Shown here: piece by piece, positions 1 to 7,714 of the stretch
Layout of the letters: each line of letters begins with the position of its first letter
How positions within the stretch are numbered: the first letter of the stretch is position 1
Source: a bacterium
GTDB lineage: Bacteria; Actinomycetota; Acidimicrobiia; Acidimicrobiales; Bin134
Assembly (NCBI GenBank): GCA_026709025.1
Contig: JAPOTT010000010.1
Location: forward strand, 20,658 to 84,657
Direction of reading: 5' to 3'
Length of the DNA: 64,000 nt
Program-made: the position numbers and the translations under genes
Notes under the pieces: generated by a model
What the model saw: only the letters and a program-made list of their open reading frames with translations
The model's database searches: none
Told to the model about the DNA's origin: nothing

Positions 1-21
1 CTGAGCCGCTACGCTGGAATT

Positions 22-675
22 ATGATCGCTACAGTTGCTTCGCAGTCAACTCAGTACGTTTCTTACCTAGGGCGGGGCATCTATGACATAGCTGAGGTAG
101 CGCGTCTCATCAAGCGCACCAAGAGACGGGTTGAGGGCTGGACCCAAACGGGGGCGAAGAAGGAACCACTGTTGTCGGGGGAGCTAGACGGTCTTTTTAG
201 CTTTTGGGACTTGCTAAGCCTGCGTGTGATTGATGAGCTTGTGAAGAGGGGAGTCCCAAGACATGAGATCGCCCGTGGGGCTAGGTATTTGGCTGGAGAA
301 CTTGTAACTCACAGGCCGTTTGCGCATGAGGGATTGGCTACGGTTGGACGAGGGTTCTTTGCTGACATCGGGAGTTGGGTAGATGTGGGAATGGGTGGTC
401 AGCAGGCATTTCAGGTTGTTATAGAGCCTTTGATTAAACCGATAACGTTCAACGACTTGGGCATGGCGGCTATTTGGCGGCCTCATGCAAATGTGTGGGT
501 GAATCCCGCAGTACAGGCAGGAACTCCCTGTGTGGACGGTACTCGTGTTCCGACCGCCACGCTTGCCGATCAATACAATTCTGGGTTGGTGGTTGATGAC
601 CTATCGGATGATTACCGGCTCTCATCAGAGCAGGTACGAACTGCTATCGCTTATGAGGCAAGTCTGGCTGCGTGA
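22..675 (+). CDS. DUF433-like domain protein with N-terminal HTH-like region (antitoxin-like half of a DUF433/DUF5615-type pair)
   Basis: 217-aa ORF. The C-terminal segment 'VNPAVQAGTPCVDGTRVPTATLADQY...SSEQVRTAIAYE' resembles the DUF433 core as I recall it. Its stop overlaps the next start in GTGA (672-675). Confidence 0.5.
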   Translation: MIATVASQSTQYVSYLGRGIYDIAEVARLIKRTKRRVEGWTQTGAKKEPLLSGELDGLFSFWDLLSLRVIDELVKRGVPRHEIARGARYLAGELVTHRPFAHEGLATVGRGFFADIGSWVDVGMGGQQAFQVVIEPLIKPITFNDLGMAAIWRPHANVWVNPAVQAGTPCVDGTRVPTATLADQYNSGLVVDDLSDDYRLSSEQVRTAIAYEASLAA

Positions 676-1202
676 CCTCTCAACCGGTAACATCTAGGCA
701 GCGCCCTTCAATACGGTTTATTTTTGACGAGAATTTGCCATGGAGAGTGGCTGCGGCCCTAGATATTCTCCAGTTTAAAACTACGTATGTGGGGAATCAG
801 CACCACTCCAATATTCCATCTAGGGGTTCATCTGACGAAGAAGTTCTCGCTTTTGCTCAGAGAACTAGCCAGGTGATTGTGACTTCTAATCTTGACATGA
901 TCTTGCTTTGCGCTGAACGTTGTCAAACAGTGATATGGATTGACCCAAGAGGTCGCCAATTTCGGCGCGAAGATTTGGTGCTACTGGTGTTCAAGAACAT
1001 TGCCGACTGGAGTGGAAGGCTACAAGTAGCAGGCGGACCAGTGTGTATACGAGCTTTGCGGACGAAAACCGACACATTGAGTTTGGATGAGGCACGCGGT
1101 CATGCATATCGGCGTATGCGTCGCATTGCTGCTGCGTTGACACGCAAGAAGCTCCAGAATCCTCTCGACCCAGTCATGTCGCTTGAGGAAAATCCAAAAT
1201 GA
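672..1202 (+). CDS. DUF5615/PIN-like (Mut7-C-like) putative toxin/RNase
   Basis: 176-aa ORF translationally coupled to the DUF433-like gene. The N-terminal 'IRFIFDENLPWRVAAAL' acidic PIN-like motif is typical of the DUF433 partner family. Confidence 0.45.
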   Translation: MTSQPVTSRQRPSIRFIFDENLPWRVAAALDILQFKTTYVGNQHHSNIPSRGSSDEEVLAFAQRTSQVIVTSNLDMILLCAERCQTVIWIDPRGRQFRREDLVLLVFKNIADWSGRLQVAGGPVCIRALRTKTDTLSLDEARGHAYRRMRRIAAALTRKKLQNPLDPVMSLEENPK

Positions 1203-1275
1203 GTGTCTTTTTTCGTTAGCTCTTGCGTGGTGGTTTGTGGGTTTTGGCTTAGGTTTGGTTTGTTTTTGTTGGGTT

Positions 1276-1351
1276 TGGTACCCCCCCTGGGATTCGAACC
1301 CAGAACCTGCGGATTAAGAGTCCGTTGCTCTGCCAGTTGAGCTAGAGGGGC
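1276..1351 (-). tRNA. tRNA-Lys (anticodon CTT)
   Basis: The reverse complement folds as a cloverleaf. Acceptor GCCCCTC pairs with GGGGGGT, the D-arm is GCTC..GAGC, the anticodon loop is CTCTTAA, the T-arm is CTGGGTTCGAATCCCAG, and CCA is encoded. Confidence 0.9.
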
Positions 1352-1372
1352 CAGTTGAACCAACAGACCTAT

Positions 1373-1451
1373 TGGGCGGACCGAGGGGACTTGAACCCCC
1401 GACCTCCGGGACCACAACCCGGCGCTCTAACCAGACTGAGCTACGGCCCGC
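1373..1451 (-). tRNA. tRNA-His (anticodon GTG) with encoded G-1
   Basis: The reverse complement is GCGGGCCGTAGCTCAG...CCGGGTTGTGGTCCCGG...GGGGGTTCAAGTCCCCTCGGTCCGCCCA. The extra 5' G pairs with C73, which is the His identity element. The anticodon loop is TTGTGGT and CCA is encoded. Confidence 0.9.
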
Positions 1452-1567
1452 AAGGCTCTTGTAGTCTAGAGGGCCAAGTACCAAGTGGAGAAACTGTTTT
1501 GTGTGGATGTGGTTTAATTCTTGGTTGTGAGGTGAGCTTAGCCAACCGGTGGCAATACGCTTGAAGC

Positions 1568-1981
1568 GTGGAACAGTCGGTGTATGAGCAGGTTGGGGGT
1601 CAGGCTTTCTTTGATGAGTTGGTAAGCCGCTTCTACGACGGAGTAGCCAACGATCCCCTGCTTCGGTCGATGTATCCAGCAGATCTAGGCCCGTCACGTA
1701 AGCATCTAGCGCAGTTTTTAGCTCAGTATTGGGGAGGCCCGCCCAACTACAGTGCGCTACGAGGGCACCCCCGGTTGCGGATGCGTCATGGGCCGTTTGT
1801 GATTGGAGTAGCCGAAAGAGATGCCTGGATGTACCACATGGGTGAGGCATTAGCCGCTACAGAGATGCCTACAGATGTGCGAACCTCCATGCTGGAGTAT
1901 TTTGAGTCTGCTGCCACCCACCTCATCAACAAGCGCCATCCCGAACCACCAGAAGGCACTCGTCGTTTGCCGCTTCGATAG
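1568..1981 (+). CDS. glbO: group II truncated haemoglobin
   Basis: 'YEQVGGQAFFDELVSRFY...FLAQYWGGPPNYSALRGHPRLRMRHGPFVIGVAERDAWMYHM' closely parallels mycobacterial GlbO (QYWGGP..RGHPRLRMRH motif). The start codon is GTG. Confidence 0.88.
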   Translation: MEQSVYEQVGGQAFFDELVSRFYDGVANDPLLRSMYPADLGPSRKHLAQFLAQYWGGPPNYSALRGHPRLRMRHGPFVIGVAERDAWMYHMGEALAATEMPTDVRTSMLEYFESAATHLINKRHPEPPEGTRRLPLR

Positions 1982-2003
1982 CTCAACGGCTGTGGCTAGG
2001 CAG

Positions 2004-2585
2004 CTAGATAGTCTTTGTGCCGTCCACCCCGAGGGCTATGGCCAGCACCACAGCTGCGCCTCCTAGCAATCTAGCCAATACGGCAAGCAAAGGAGTTGGC
2101 ACCGAGCGCAGCCACAGCAAAGTTGCGGTGGCACCGGCTGCCAGAGCCACACCCGCCAGGGTACGCCACACTCCGTCGTGGGCGGCTGTGGCTAACACCG
2201 TTGCCACCAACTGTGGTGCCAACAACCCGGTTAGGGCGATGAGGGCAACCTGAATCCCGGCGCGAGGTTCGTCTGTAACTGCTTTGGCGGGCCAGAGCAT
2301 CCAGCGCAGGCCCGCTACAGCTACGGGCAACGCTGTGGCTAGGCGCCAGGTTCCAGTGGTTACCGACAAGCCTTCCAATATAGGATCGGCCAGCGCTGCG
2401 ATAAGCCACAACATAGCCACACCTATAGTGGTAGCCAGCACAACCCGAGGTCGCCAGTGATCCCAATTAGATGGCCGCCATGTGAGGGATAGGGCTATTG
2501 CCGCAGGGTTAGCTGCCACCAACACCAGTGCCATTGTTGGCCCTAAGCCGTTCATGTACATGCTCTCATGGTTTGTTGCCTCCAA
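2004..2585 (-). CDS. polytopic integral membrane protein, possibly MarC/UPF0056-like
   Basis: 193-aa ORF that is almost entirely hydrophobic (about 6 TM segments). 'VLVAANPAAIALSL' recalls the N-terminal NP motif of MarC. It overlaps the upstream gene by 20 nt. Confidence 0.4.
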   Translation of the reverse strand: MEATNHESMYMNGLGPTMALVLVAANPAAIALSLTWRPSNWDHWRPRVVLATTIGVAMLWLIAALADPILEGLSVTTGTWRLATALPVAVAGLRWMLWPAKAVTDEPRAGIQVALIALTGLLAPQLVATVLATAAHDGVWRTLAGVALAAGATATLLWLRSVPTPLLAVLARLLGGAAVVLAIALGVDGTKTI

Positions 2586-3882
2586 GGTTGAATTCGAAGT
2601 CGGCCATCAACAGCGCAGAGACGGCGTGCTGTTGATCGTCCACTCTGGTTTGTTGATGGTAGTACCACGCGCCATCTGAAGCTTGGGCTTCAATGAGCCG
2701 CGCAGCACCGCATCGCAAGCGCTGCGTGATAGCGCTCTGGTGCTCACCGAGACGGGGTTCATTGGCCCACAACCATTCCAGCGCGCCTAAGCCCTCCAAA
2801 ATTGTGCCGTAGCCTCCACCCCGAGGCATGGGCAGGTGGGTAGCTTTAGCCAACCCTTCTCGTTGTGAATCCCAGCGGATCATCTGACTGAACCTGCCTG
2901 CCAAACTCTGGGCATAATCCAGATGGTGCTGCGCCAGCCCCCATTCCACCATCTCCGCTAAGCCATAAGCTGCCCACTGATCGGGCCAGGGTGGGGGCCA
3001 CAGTTCCTCTAGGCTGTCGCGTTGGGTGGCCAGGTAGTCCATAATGGCCCAAGTGGGTTCGTCCCAGCCTTCTTCTGGAAAAGCCTCATGCAACAGAGCT
3101 AGCCCCCAAGCTGCCTCACCGGTAGCAAAGCGGGATCTGATTTCTGGCACCACAGCATTGGTGTGGGGATCCCAGAAGTTAGCCATGCCGCCGTCGGGCA
3201 ATTGTTGGCCCACCAAAAACCGCCCTAATGCTCGCATCTCGGGGTCGTAAGCGGTGTCTTTGGTTGCGATGCGACGATGAGCCAGCGACACCAAAGTAAG
3301 CGCCGCTGTGCCGGTTTTGGCTGGGCCAGAGGGCGAAAGCGCGGGTGCGAGGCCGCCGTTGTAGGTGGGAAGCCCGCGCTCTAGGAGGTAGGTAATGCCT
3401 TTGTCGGCTGCCTGTAGCACCTCAGGTTGGCTGTGACGTTGGCTGTTACGTTGACTGTTGCGTTGGCCGTTGGGTGGTTGGGTTTGCTGAGCGCTGTGAG
3501 CAATCGCAAGCTGATATAGCGCCATTGTGGCACCAGCGTGGCGCACCAAGTTGTAGCCCGGGCGTGGCCCACCGATGCGCTGATCGTAGTGATACAGGTA
3601 CCTGCCAGCTGCACTTTGGTTGTTGACGATCCAGTTGCTGGCCGCTTCAATCCCAGCCTGCCCATCTCCCGGAGAGTATTCGGGGCAAACCTCCGGCGCA
3701 GCTAGGGTTACCCGCAGCACTCCCACAACAACCACCCACACCACTAACCAACCAACCAGCCGCCTGTTGGCTGAAGATTTGAACACTCTTAAACCCGCGC
3801 CCGCGCCAACCCAAGTTTTTGTTGCCCAAGCCACGATTTTTGCCGCTGGCTTGGGAGCAACCTCTTTCTGCCCAGAGTTCAT
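2566..3882 (-). CDS. N-terminally anchored extracytoplasmic protein with alpha/alpha-toroid-like repeats (prenyltransferase/terpene-cyclase-like or six-hairpin fold); function unknown
   Basis: 438-aa ORF with a TM segment 'LVGWLVVWVVVVGVL'. Aromatic/Gly-rich repeat motifs follow (GRYLYHYD, DGGMANFWDP, DGAWYYHQ, TGEAAWGLALL). It contains the QRNSQRNSQRHSQ repeat. Confidence 0.35.
   Translation of the reverse strand: MNSGQKEVAPKPAAKIVAWATKTWVGAGAGLRVFKSSANRRLVGWLVVWVVVVGVLRVTLAAPEVCPEYSPGDGQAGIEAASNWIVNNQSAAGRYLYHYDQRIGGPRPGYNLVRHAGATMALYQLAIAHSAQQTQPPNGQRNSQRNSQRHSQPEVLQAADKGITYLLERGLPTYNGGLAPALSPSGPAKTGTAALTLVSLAHRRIATKDTAYDPEMRALGRFLVGQQLPDGGMANFWDPHTNAVVPEIRSRFATGEAAWGLALLHEAFPEEGWDEPTWAIMDYLATQRDSLEELWPPPWPDQWAAYGLAEMVEWGLAQHHLDYAQSLAGRFSQMIRWDSQREGLAKATHLPMPRGGGYGTILEGLGALEWLWANEPRLGEHQSAITQRLRCGAARLIEAQASDGAWYYHQQTRVDDQQHAVSALLMADFEFNLGGNKP
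3426..3473. repeat. imperfect 12-nt tandem repeat x4 (in-frame, encodes QRNSQRNSQRHSQ on the minus strand)
   Basis: gttggctgtgac / gttggctgttac / gttgactgttgc / gttggccgttgg read directly. Confidence 0.85.
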
Positions 3883-3892
3883 GGCGTGAAGC

Positions 3893-5050
3893 TCACCTGA
3901 AGCGCCAGAAGCGGGAGAACAAGAAGGTGGCAGGCAGGCGGCTGAACACGAAGCTGCGAGCTGCGGAGCCTTCTAGTTGGGTGTTGTTGCGGTCTGTTAC
4001 GCACCATGATGATCCTGGCACAACGGTGATGTTGAAACGGGCTGTCCAGTCCAACCATTTCACCCAGCGATGAGGGGTGATGAGGTTGCGGTCTCGGGTA
4101 GATGGGGTGACCCAGATTACAAGAGCACCAATGGCGATAGCACTAAACACCTCCACTTGAGCACTTATCTCGATACCCAGATGGAAGGCTACTGCCACCC
4201 ATACAGCAAACAAGCGAGTGCGGCGAAACCATAGCCCGCAGGCAATGAACAGCTCCGTGGCGACAGCCATCGGTGAGAGTACCCAGTGGAAGGTTCGTGA
4301 GGTGAGCACCTCCAAGATAGGGTTGCCCAGAGTTTCCCCTAGCACGCTCATAGCATCGTCTTGGTAACGCAGGGTTCGATCATGCAGAACTCGCCCGCTT
4401 ACCCAGTCGGGGTCGATCAGCTTGGAAAAACCTGAGGCAAAGGAGATGGCTGCTGCCTCAAAGCGAAGCAACCAGATGGGCCATACGAATCCTTGATCGT
4501 TTGGGTCTGGCCTCACAGCGCCCAGATCCACAGCGCCTAGCCCCACAGCGCCCAGACCCACAGCGCCTAGCCCCAAAGCGCCCTGGTGTAGACGATCTGC
4601 GCTCCGTTGGTTGTGGCGACGGCGCAAGCGTAGCGCATCCACAGAAAGCACCTTGGCGTTGTTGCTGAGTGCTACGCCAGCCAACAAGATAATTAAGAAG
4701 GCTCTGTTATGCCGGAAGTGGGTTTCAGACAAAAAGAAGTTGTAAGCCACCACTGTTAGCGTTACCCAAGTTGCAGGCCGAGCCCACAGCCCCACAGTCA
4801 TCAAAACCGCGCAAGCCACTCCCACCCATAAAATCGCCACATACAACCCGGCGGGCACGTTGGGCACCCACGGCCACCACTTTTGTTGGAAAACGTCCAG
4901 ATAGGTGGTTCCAGCTAGGGCATCTTGGAGGAAAGGGCGCAGGTGCCAGATAGCCGCCGGGCCCAACACGATGCGTAAAATTGCCATAGAACGCAAGCTG
5001 GCTGGCTGATCAAAGATCGTATCTAGCCACTTCGCAGGGGTGGCCAGCAC
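3893..5050 (-). CDS. HTTM domain (vitamin K-dependent gamma-carboxylase-like) integral membrane protein
   Basis: 385 aa. The N-terminal 'ASLRSMAILRIVLGPAAIWHLRPFL' is the typical HTTM opening helix, and multiple TM segments follow. The GTG start overlaps the upstream TAG stop by 1 nt (TAGTG). Confidence 0.7.
   Translation of the reverse strand: MLATPAKWLDTIFDQPASLRSMAILRIVLGPAAIWHLRPFLQDALAGTTYLDVFQQKWWPWVPNVPAGLYVAILWVGVACAVLMTVGLWARPATWVTLTVVAYNFFLSETHFRHNRAFLIILLAGVALSNNAKVLSVDALRLRRRHNQRSADRLHQGALGLGAVGLGAVGLGAVDLGAVRPDPNDQGFVWPIWLLRFEAAAISFASGFSKLIDPDWVSGRVLHDRTLRYQDDAMSVLGETLGNPILEVLTSRTFHWVLSPMAVATELFIACGLWFRRTRLFAVWVAVAFHLGIEISAQVEVFSAIAIGALVIWVTPSTRDRNLITPHRWVKWLDWTARFNITVVPGSSWCVTDRNNTQLEGSAARSFVFSRLPATFLFSRFWRFR
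4514..4588. repeat. imperfect 15-nt tandem repeat x5 (in-frame, encodes GALGLGAVGLGAVGLGAVDLGAV on the minus strand)
   Basis: cacagcgcccagatc / cacagcgcctagccc / cacagcgcccagacc / cacagcgcctagccc / caaagcgccctggtg read directly. Confidence 0.85.
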
Positions 5051-5601
5051 TAGTTGGCCCTGCTTTGGGTGTGAGGTGGATCAGCAGATGGCAGGGTTCG
5101 GGGGTTGCTGCGCAGTACCTTTATGTATGGGCCGCGGGCGTTGCGGTAGTAGGTGACGGTGGCTTCAAGGTAGCGGGTTCGGGTGTCACCGGGGGTGTTG
5201 TCGGCTATCCAATTTAGGGCGTTTTCTAGGTAGTCCAGCACCGCATCTACTCCTGAGAAGGCATGGCGCTGGTGCCACGGGCCTTGTAATGCACGCCAGC
5301 CCACCAAGTCATCCCAGCGGTAGCCCTCCCAATGTCCGTTTGGCGCCTCAATTCGCTGTCCGTTGTTTAGCACCCGCTCTAGGGTGAGCGCGTAGGTGCT
5401 GGATTCGTTGAAGGGTTGAAACGCAAAGTAGTTGTGCGGGTCTCGGTAGCCGTTGATCACCAGCGCAACTTGGGTAATCACCACAACGCTAGCTAGCAGC
5501 CTCACCCCCCTGCGCCGCCATGCAGGGCGGCGACGCACCTCCAGCGGGGTGTTGGTGAGGTTGGATTCTTGTGGGCTAGCTGCTGTGGTGGTTGGTTTCA
5601 C
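5050..5601 (-). CDS. N-terminally anchored hypothetical protein coupled to the HTTM gene
   Basis: 183-aa ORF with an Arg-rich N-terminus, one TM segment ('LLASVVVITQVALVI') and a Trp/Tyr-rich soluble domain. It overlaps the HTTM start by 1 nt. Confidence 0.5.
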   Translation of the reverse strand: MKPTTTAASPQESNLTNTPLEVRRRPAWRRRGVRLLASVVVITQVALVINGYRDPHNYFAFQPFNESSTYALTLERVLNNGQRIEAPNGHWEGYRWDDLVGWRALQGPWHQRHAFSGVDAVLDYLENALNWIADNTPGDTRTRYLEATVTYYRNARGPYIKVLRSNPRTLPSADPPHTQSRAN

Positions 5602-5640
5602 CGAACATGCACACAGAGATCCAGCACATCCACACAGGCA

Positions 5641-6354
5641 TTAGCTGTTGTTTTCGAGTCTGCGCCTGTAGGACTCCAGGTTGGGGGGTAGGCGGTCGCG
5701 CTTTAGCTCTGAGAAGTTGTCGTAAGCGGTGAGCCAGCGCACATGCTGCCATAACTCCACAGCCTCTTTGGTGCTAGCAGGTGGGTTGCTGATTACCGGG
5801 CCAAACAAGGCTGGCCTTGTTTGGCTAGCTGCGCTATCTGAGGAGGGGCCATCGGCTGTGCTGGCTGCGTCGTTTGCGCCATCTGTGGGGTTGGCTATAT
5901 CTAGGCGAATGGTGGGCACCCCAAAGCTACGGGTTTCGTCGCACAACACAGTGTGTTCGGATTTGAGTGCTTCCCAGGTTGCAGGGTTTGCCAACGCATC
6001 GTCCACCAAGCTGCTAGAAAAACCAGCATCGGTAGCTGCAGCCTTGAGGGTGTTGATGTCATTCACAGATTCCACTAGGTCAAACGCCCGATGTCCGACA
6101 GCCTCATAGTAGGCACCTATCCCGGCATTGCCACCCACGTTGCGTGCTTCGATAGCAGTGCGAAGCGAATGCACTCCAGCACCCTTGCTTGGATCAAACT
6201 CAGATAGGGGTTTATCCCAGTTGACGATGGCCAACGAGAACAGTCCCCAAGTGGTGTGTACCTCTCCAGCGGCTTCTATCTGACGAACCCAACGGGATGT
6301 CTGCCAGCACCATGGTCAAAGAGGATCAAAGTAGAAGGTGATAGGTTCGCCCAT
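5641..6354 (-). CDS. DsbA-like thiol oxidoreductase of the Rv2466c (CPWC) type, interrupted by an in-frame TGA at the first redox Cys position (candidate selenoprotein, UPWC)
   Basis: ATG at 6354 gives [29 protein letters not shown]..., continuous in frame with the track ORF 5641..6234. Compare mycobacterial Rv2466c '[20 protein letters not shown]' and its C-terminal 'FFGPV...ELKRTR' with 'LFGPV...ELKRDR' here. Confidence 0.6.
6280..6307 (-). promoter_or_regulatory. candidate bacterial SECIS-like hairpin (hand-folded)
   Basis: The mRNA from +9 to +36 after UGA is CUGGCAGACAUCCCGUUGGGUUCGUCAG. CUGGC pairs with GUCAG, GAC with GUU, and CC with GG. The apical loop is CGUU, placing G-U about 23-24 nt after UGA. 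No folding program was used. Confidence 0.3.
6316..6318 (-). other. in-frame TGA codon replacing the N-terminal Cys of the CxxC motif (candidate Sec codon)
   Basis: Plus-strand 'tca' at 6316-6318 lies 12 codons after the ATG at 6354, in the same frame as the downstream 197-aa ORF. Confidence 0.55.
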
Positions 6355-6494
6355 GCGGGGATTATCTTAGTGCGGATGCTCTAGTGCAAGTACCCCAAAC
6401 GAACAATTCAGGTGTGCTTACAGATGCTAAGAGCCGTGTGGAGAGTTTATTTTGTTTGTGCAACTCATGGCTACACCGGGTATGGTTGTGGCTT

Positions 6495-6731
6495 ATGTCC
6501 AGTGTCTGTCAGGTGACCGGTCGTCGCCCATCTTTTGGCAATAATGTGTCCCACTCCCATCGCAAAACCAGACGTCGGTGGAACCCCAACGTACACAAGC
6601 ATCGCTTCTGGTTGCCTTCAGAAAAGCGCTGGGTGGTGCTCAACGTGTCTACTAAGGGCCTGAAAACAATCAACAAACATGGCATTGAGAAGGTGGTTGC
6701 TCAGATGCGTCGCCGGGGAGAGAAGGTGTGA
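6495..6731 (+). CDS. rpmB: 50S ribosomal protein L28
   Basis: '[63 protein letters not shown]' is collinear with E. coli L28. The track ORF start (6384) is an upstream extension. Confidence 0.9.
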   Translation: MSSVCQVTGRRPSFGNNVSHSHRKTRRRWNPNVHKHRFWLPSEKRWVVLNVSTKGLKTINKHGIEKVVAQMRRRGEKV

Positions 6732-6734
6732 GGC

Positions 6735-6896
6735 ATGGCTAGTGATAAACGCCCTATTGTGAAGCTGAAGTCCACCGCTGGCACCGGTTACACCTATGTG
6801 ACCACCAAGAATCGCATCAACGACCGTGAGCGCATTGAGTTGAAGAAGTTTGATCCAGTGGTTCGCAAGCATGTGATCTTTAAGGAGGAGCGGTAG
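6735..6896 (+). CDS. rpmG: 50S ribosomal protein L33
   Basis: Not in the ORF track (53 aa). Hand translation gives [53 protein letters not shown], a classic L33. It starts 3 nt after the rpmB stop. Confidence 0.9.
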   Translation: MASDKRPIVKLKSTAGTGYTYVTTKNRINDRERIELKKFDPVVRKHVIFKEER

Positions 6897-6922
6897 TCGC
6901 CGATGTTGGCGAGAGCCGGGAG

Positions 6923-7675
6923 ATGCTCACTGCCGCTTTGTTGGCAGACGATCCCGCACCGCCCTTATGGCACCTAGTCGACTCTGGTCTCGCCCACGAT
7001 ATTGTTCCCGAACTGCCTGCGCTTCGCCTAGAACAAGACCCAATTCACCGTCACAAAGACGTACTAGCTCACACCATTGCGGTGGTTGCCAAAACCCGTG
7101 TGGACTTGATTTTGCGTTTGGCTACCCTGTTTCACGATGTGGGCAAGCCTAAAACCCGCTCTTACGAAAAGGGTACCGTTACCTTCTATCACCATGAAGC
7201 GGTTGGGGCGCGGATGACAAAAAAGCGGCTCTCAGCATTGGCCTATTCGCCAGCTGTGGTGCAAGACGTAACAGAGTTGGTGCGATTGTCGGGGCGTTTC
7301 AAGGGGTATGCAGATGGTTGGAGTGATACTGCTGTGCGTCGTTACGCCCGTGAGGCTGGTCACCTGTTGGGCTATCTCAACGAGTTGGTGCGCGCAGATT
7401 GCACTACGCGCAATCGCCAAAAAGCTGCCGATCTGCAACATCACGTGGATCACTTGGAAGCTCGCATCGCCCAGCTAGCTGAAGCCGACCGCCGAGCCGC
7501 AGAGCGCCCTTTGATCAACGGTAACGAGGTGATGGCCCGCTACAAGCTAGCTCCTGGGCCCGAGGTGGGTGCAGCACTGAAGTTTTTGTTGGCTTTGAAG
7601 CGAGCCGAACCTGACCTGGATCGCGCAGAAACTGAGGCGCGCTTAGATAAATGGTGGGCAGAATTGAAGCAATGA
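6923..7675 (+). CDS. stand-alone HD-domain protein resembling the C-terminal half of CCA-adding enzyme/poly(A) polymerase family
   Basis: 'HRHKDVLAHTIAVV', 'LATLFHDVGKPKT' and 'FYHHEAVGARMTKKRL' are the HD motifs of actinobacterial CCA-adding enzymes. No nucleotidyltransferase head is encoded upstream, since rpmG ends at 6896. Confidence 0.6.
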   Translation: MLTAALLADDPAPPLWHLVDSGLAHDIVPELPALRLEQDPIHRHKDVLAHTIAVVAKTRVDLILRLATLFHDVGKPKTRSYEKGTVTFYHHEAVGARMTKKRLSALAYSPAVVQDVTELVRLSGRFKGYADGWSDTAVRRYAREAGHLLGYLNELVRADCTTRNRQKAADLQHHVDHLEARIAQLAEADRRAAERPLINGNEVMARYKLAPGPEVGAALKFLLALKRAEPDLDRAETEARLDKWWAELKQ

Positions 7676-7714
7676 CATAAGACAGGGGAACCTACCCGCT
7701 AGCGTGAGACTTGA

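Noticed and set aside
214-573. Numerous antisense or out-of-frame ORFs of 60-250 aa in the track, for example 214-573(-), 2071-2466(-), 8161-8448(-), 13619-14068(-), 26997-27521(-), 49131-49679(-) and 56081-56839(-).
   Set aside because: Each lies entirely inside a longer ORF on another frame or strand that has recognisable domains. Their translations are Arg/Pro/Ser/Gly-rich shadow sequence typical of GC-rich DNA.
1100-1850. ORFs 1100-1417(-), 1314-1850(-) and 1355-1564(+) spanning the tRNA region.
   Set aside because: They overlap two well-folded tRNA genes and have no protein-like features.
6384-6494. A 37-codon N-terminal extension of rpmB in the track ORF, and the idea that rpmB/rpmG are Zur-regulated zinc-free paralogues.
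   Set aside because: L28 homology starts at ATG 6495. No Zur-box-like AT-rich palindrome is visible upstream, and E. coli L28 also has a single Cys, so lack of CxxC pairs is not informative without seeing the rest of the genome.
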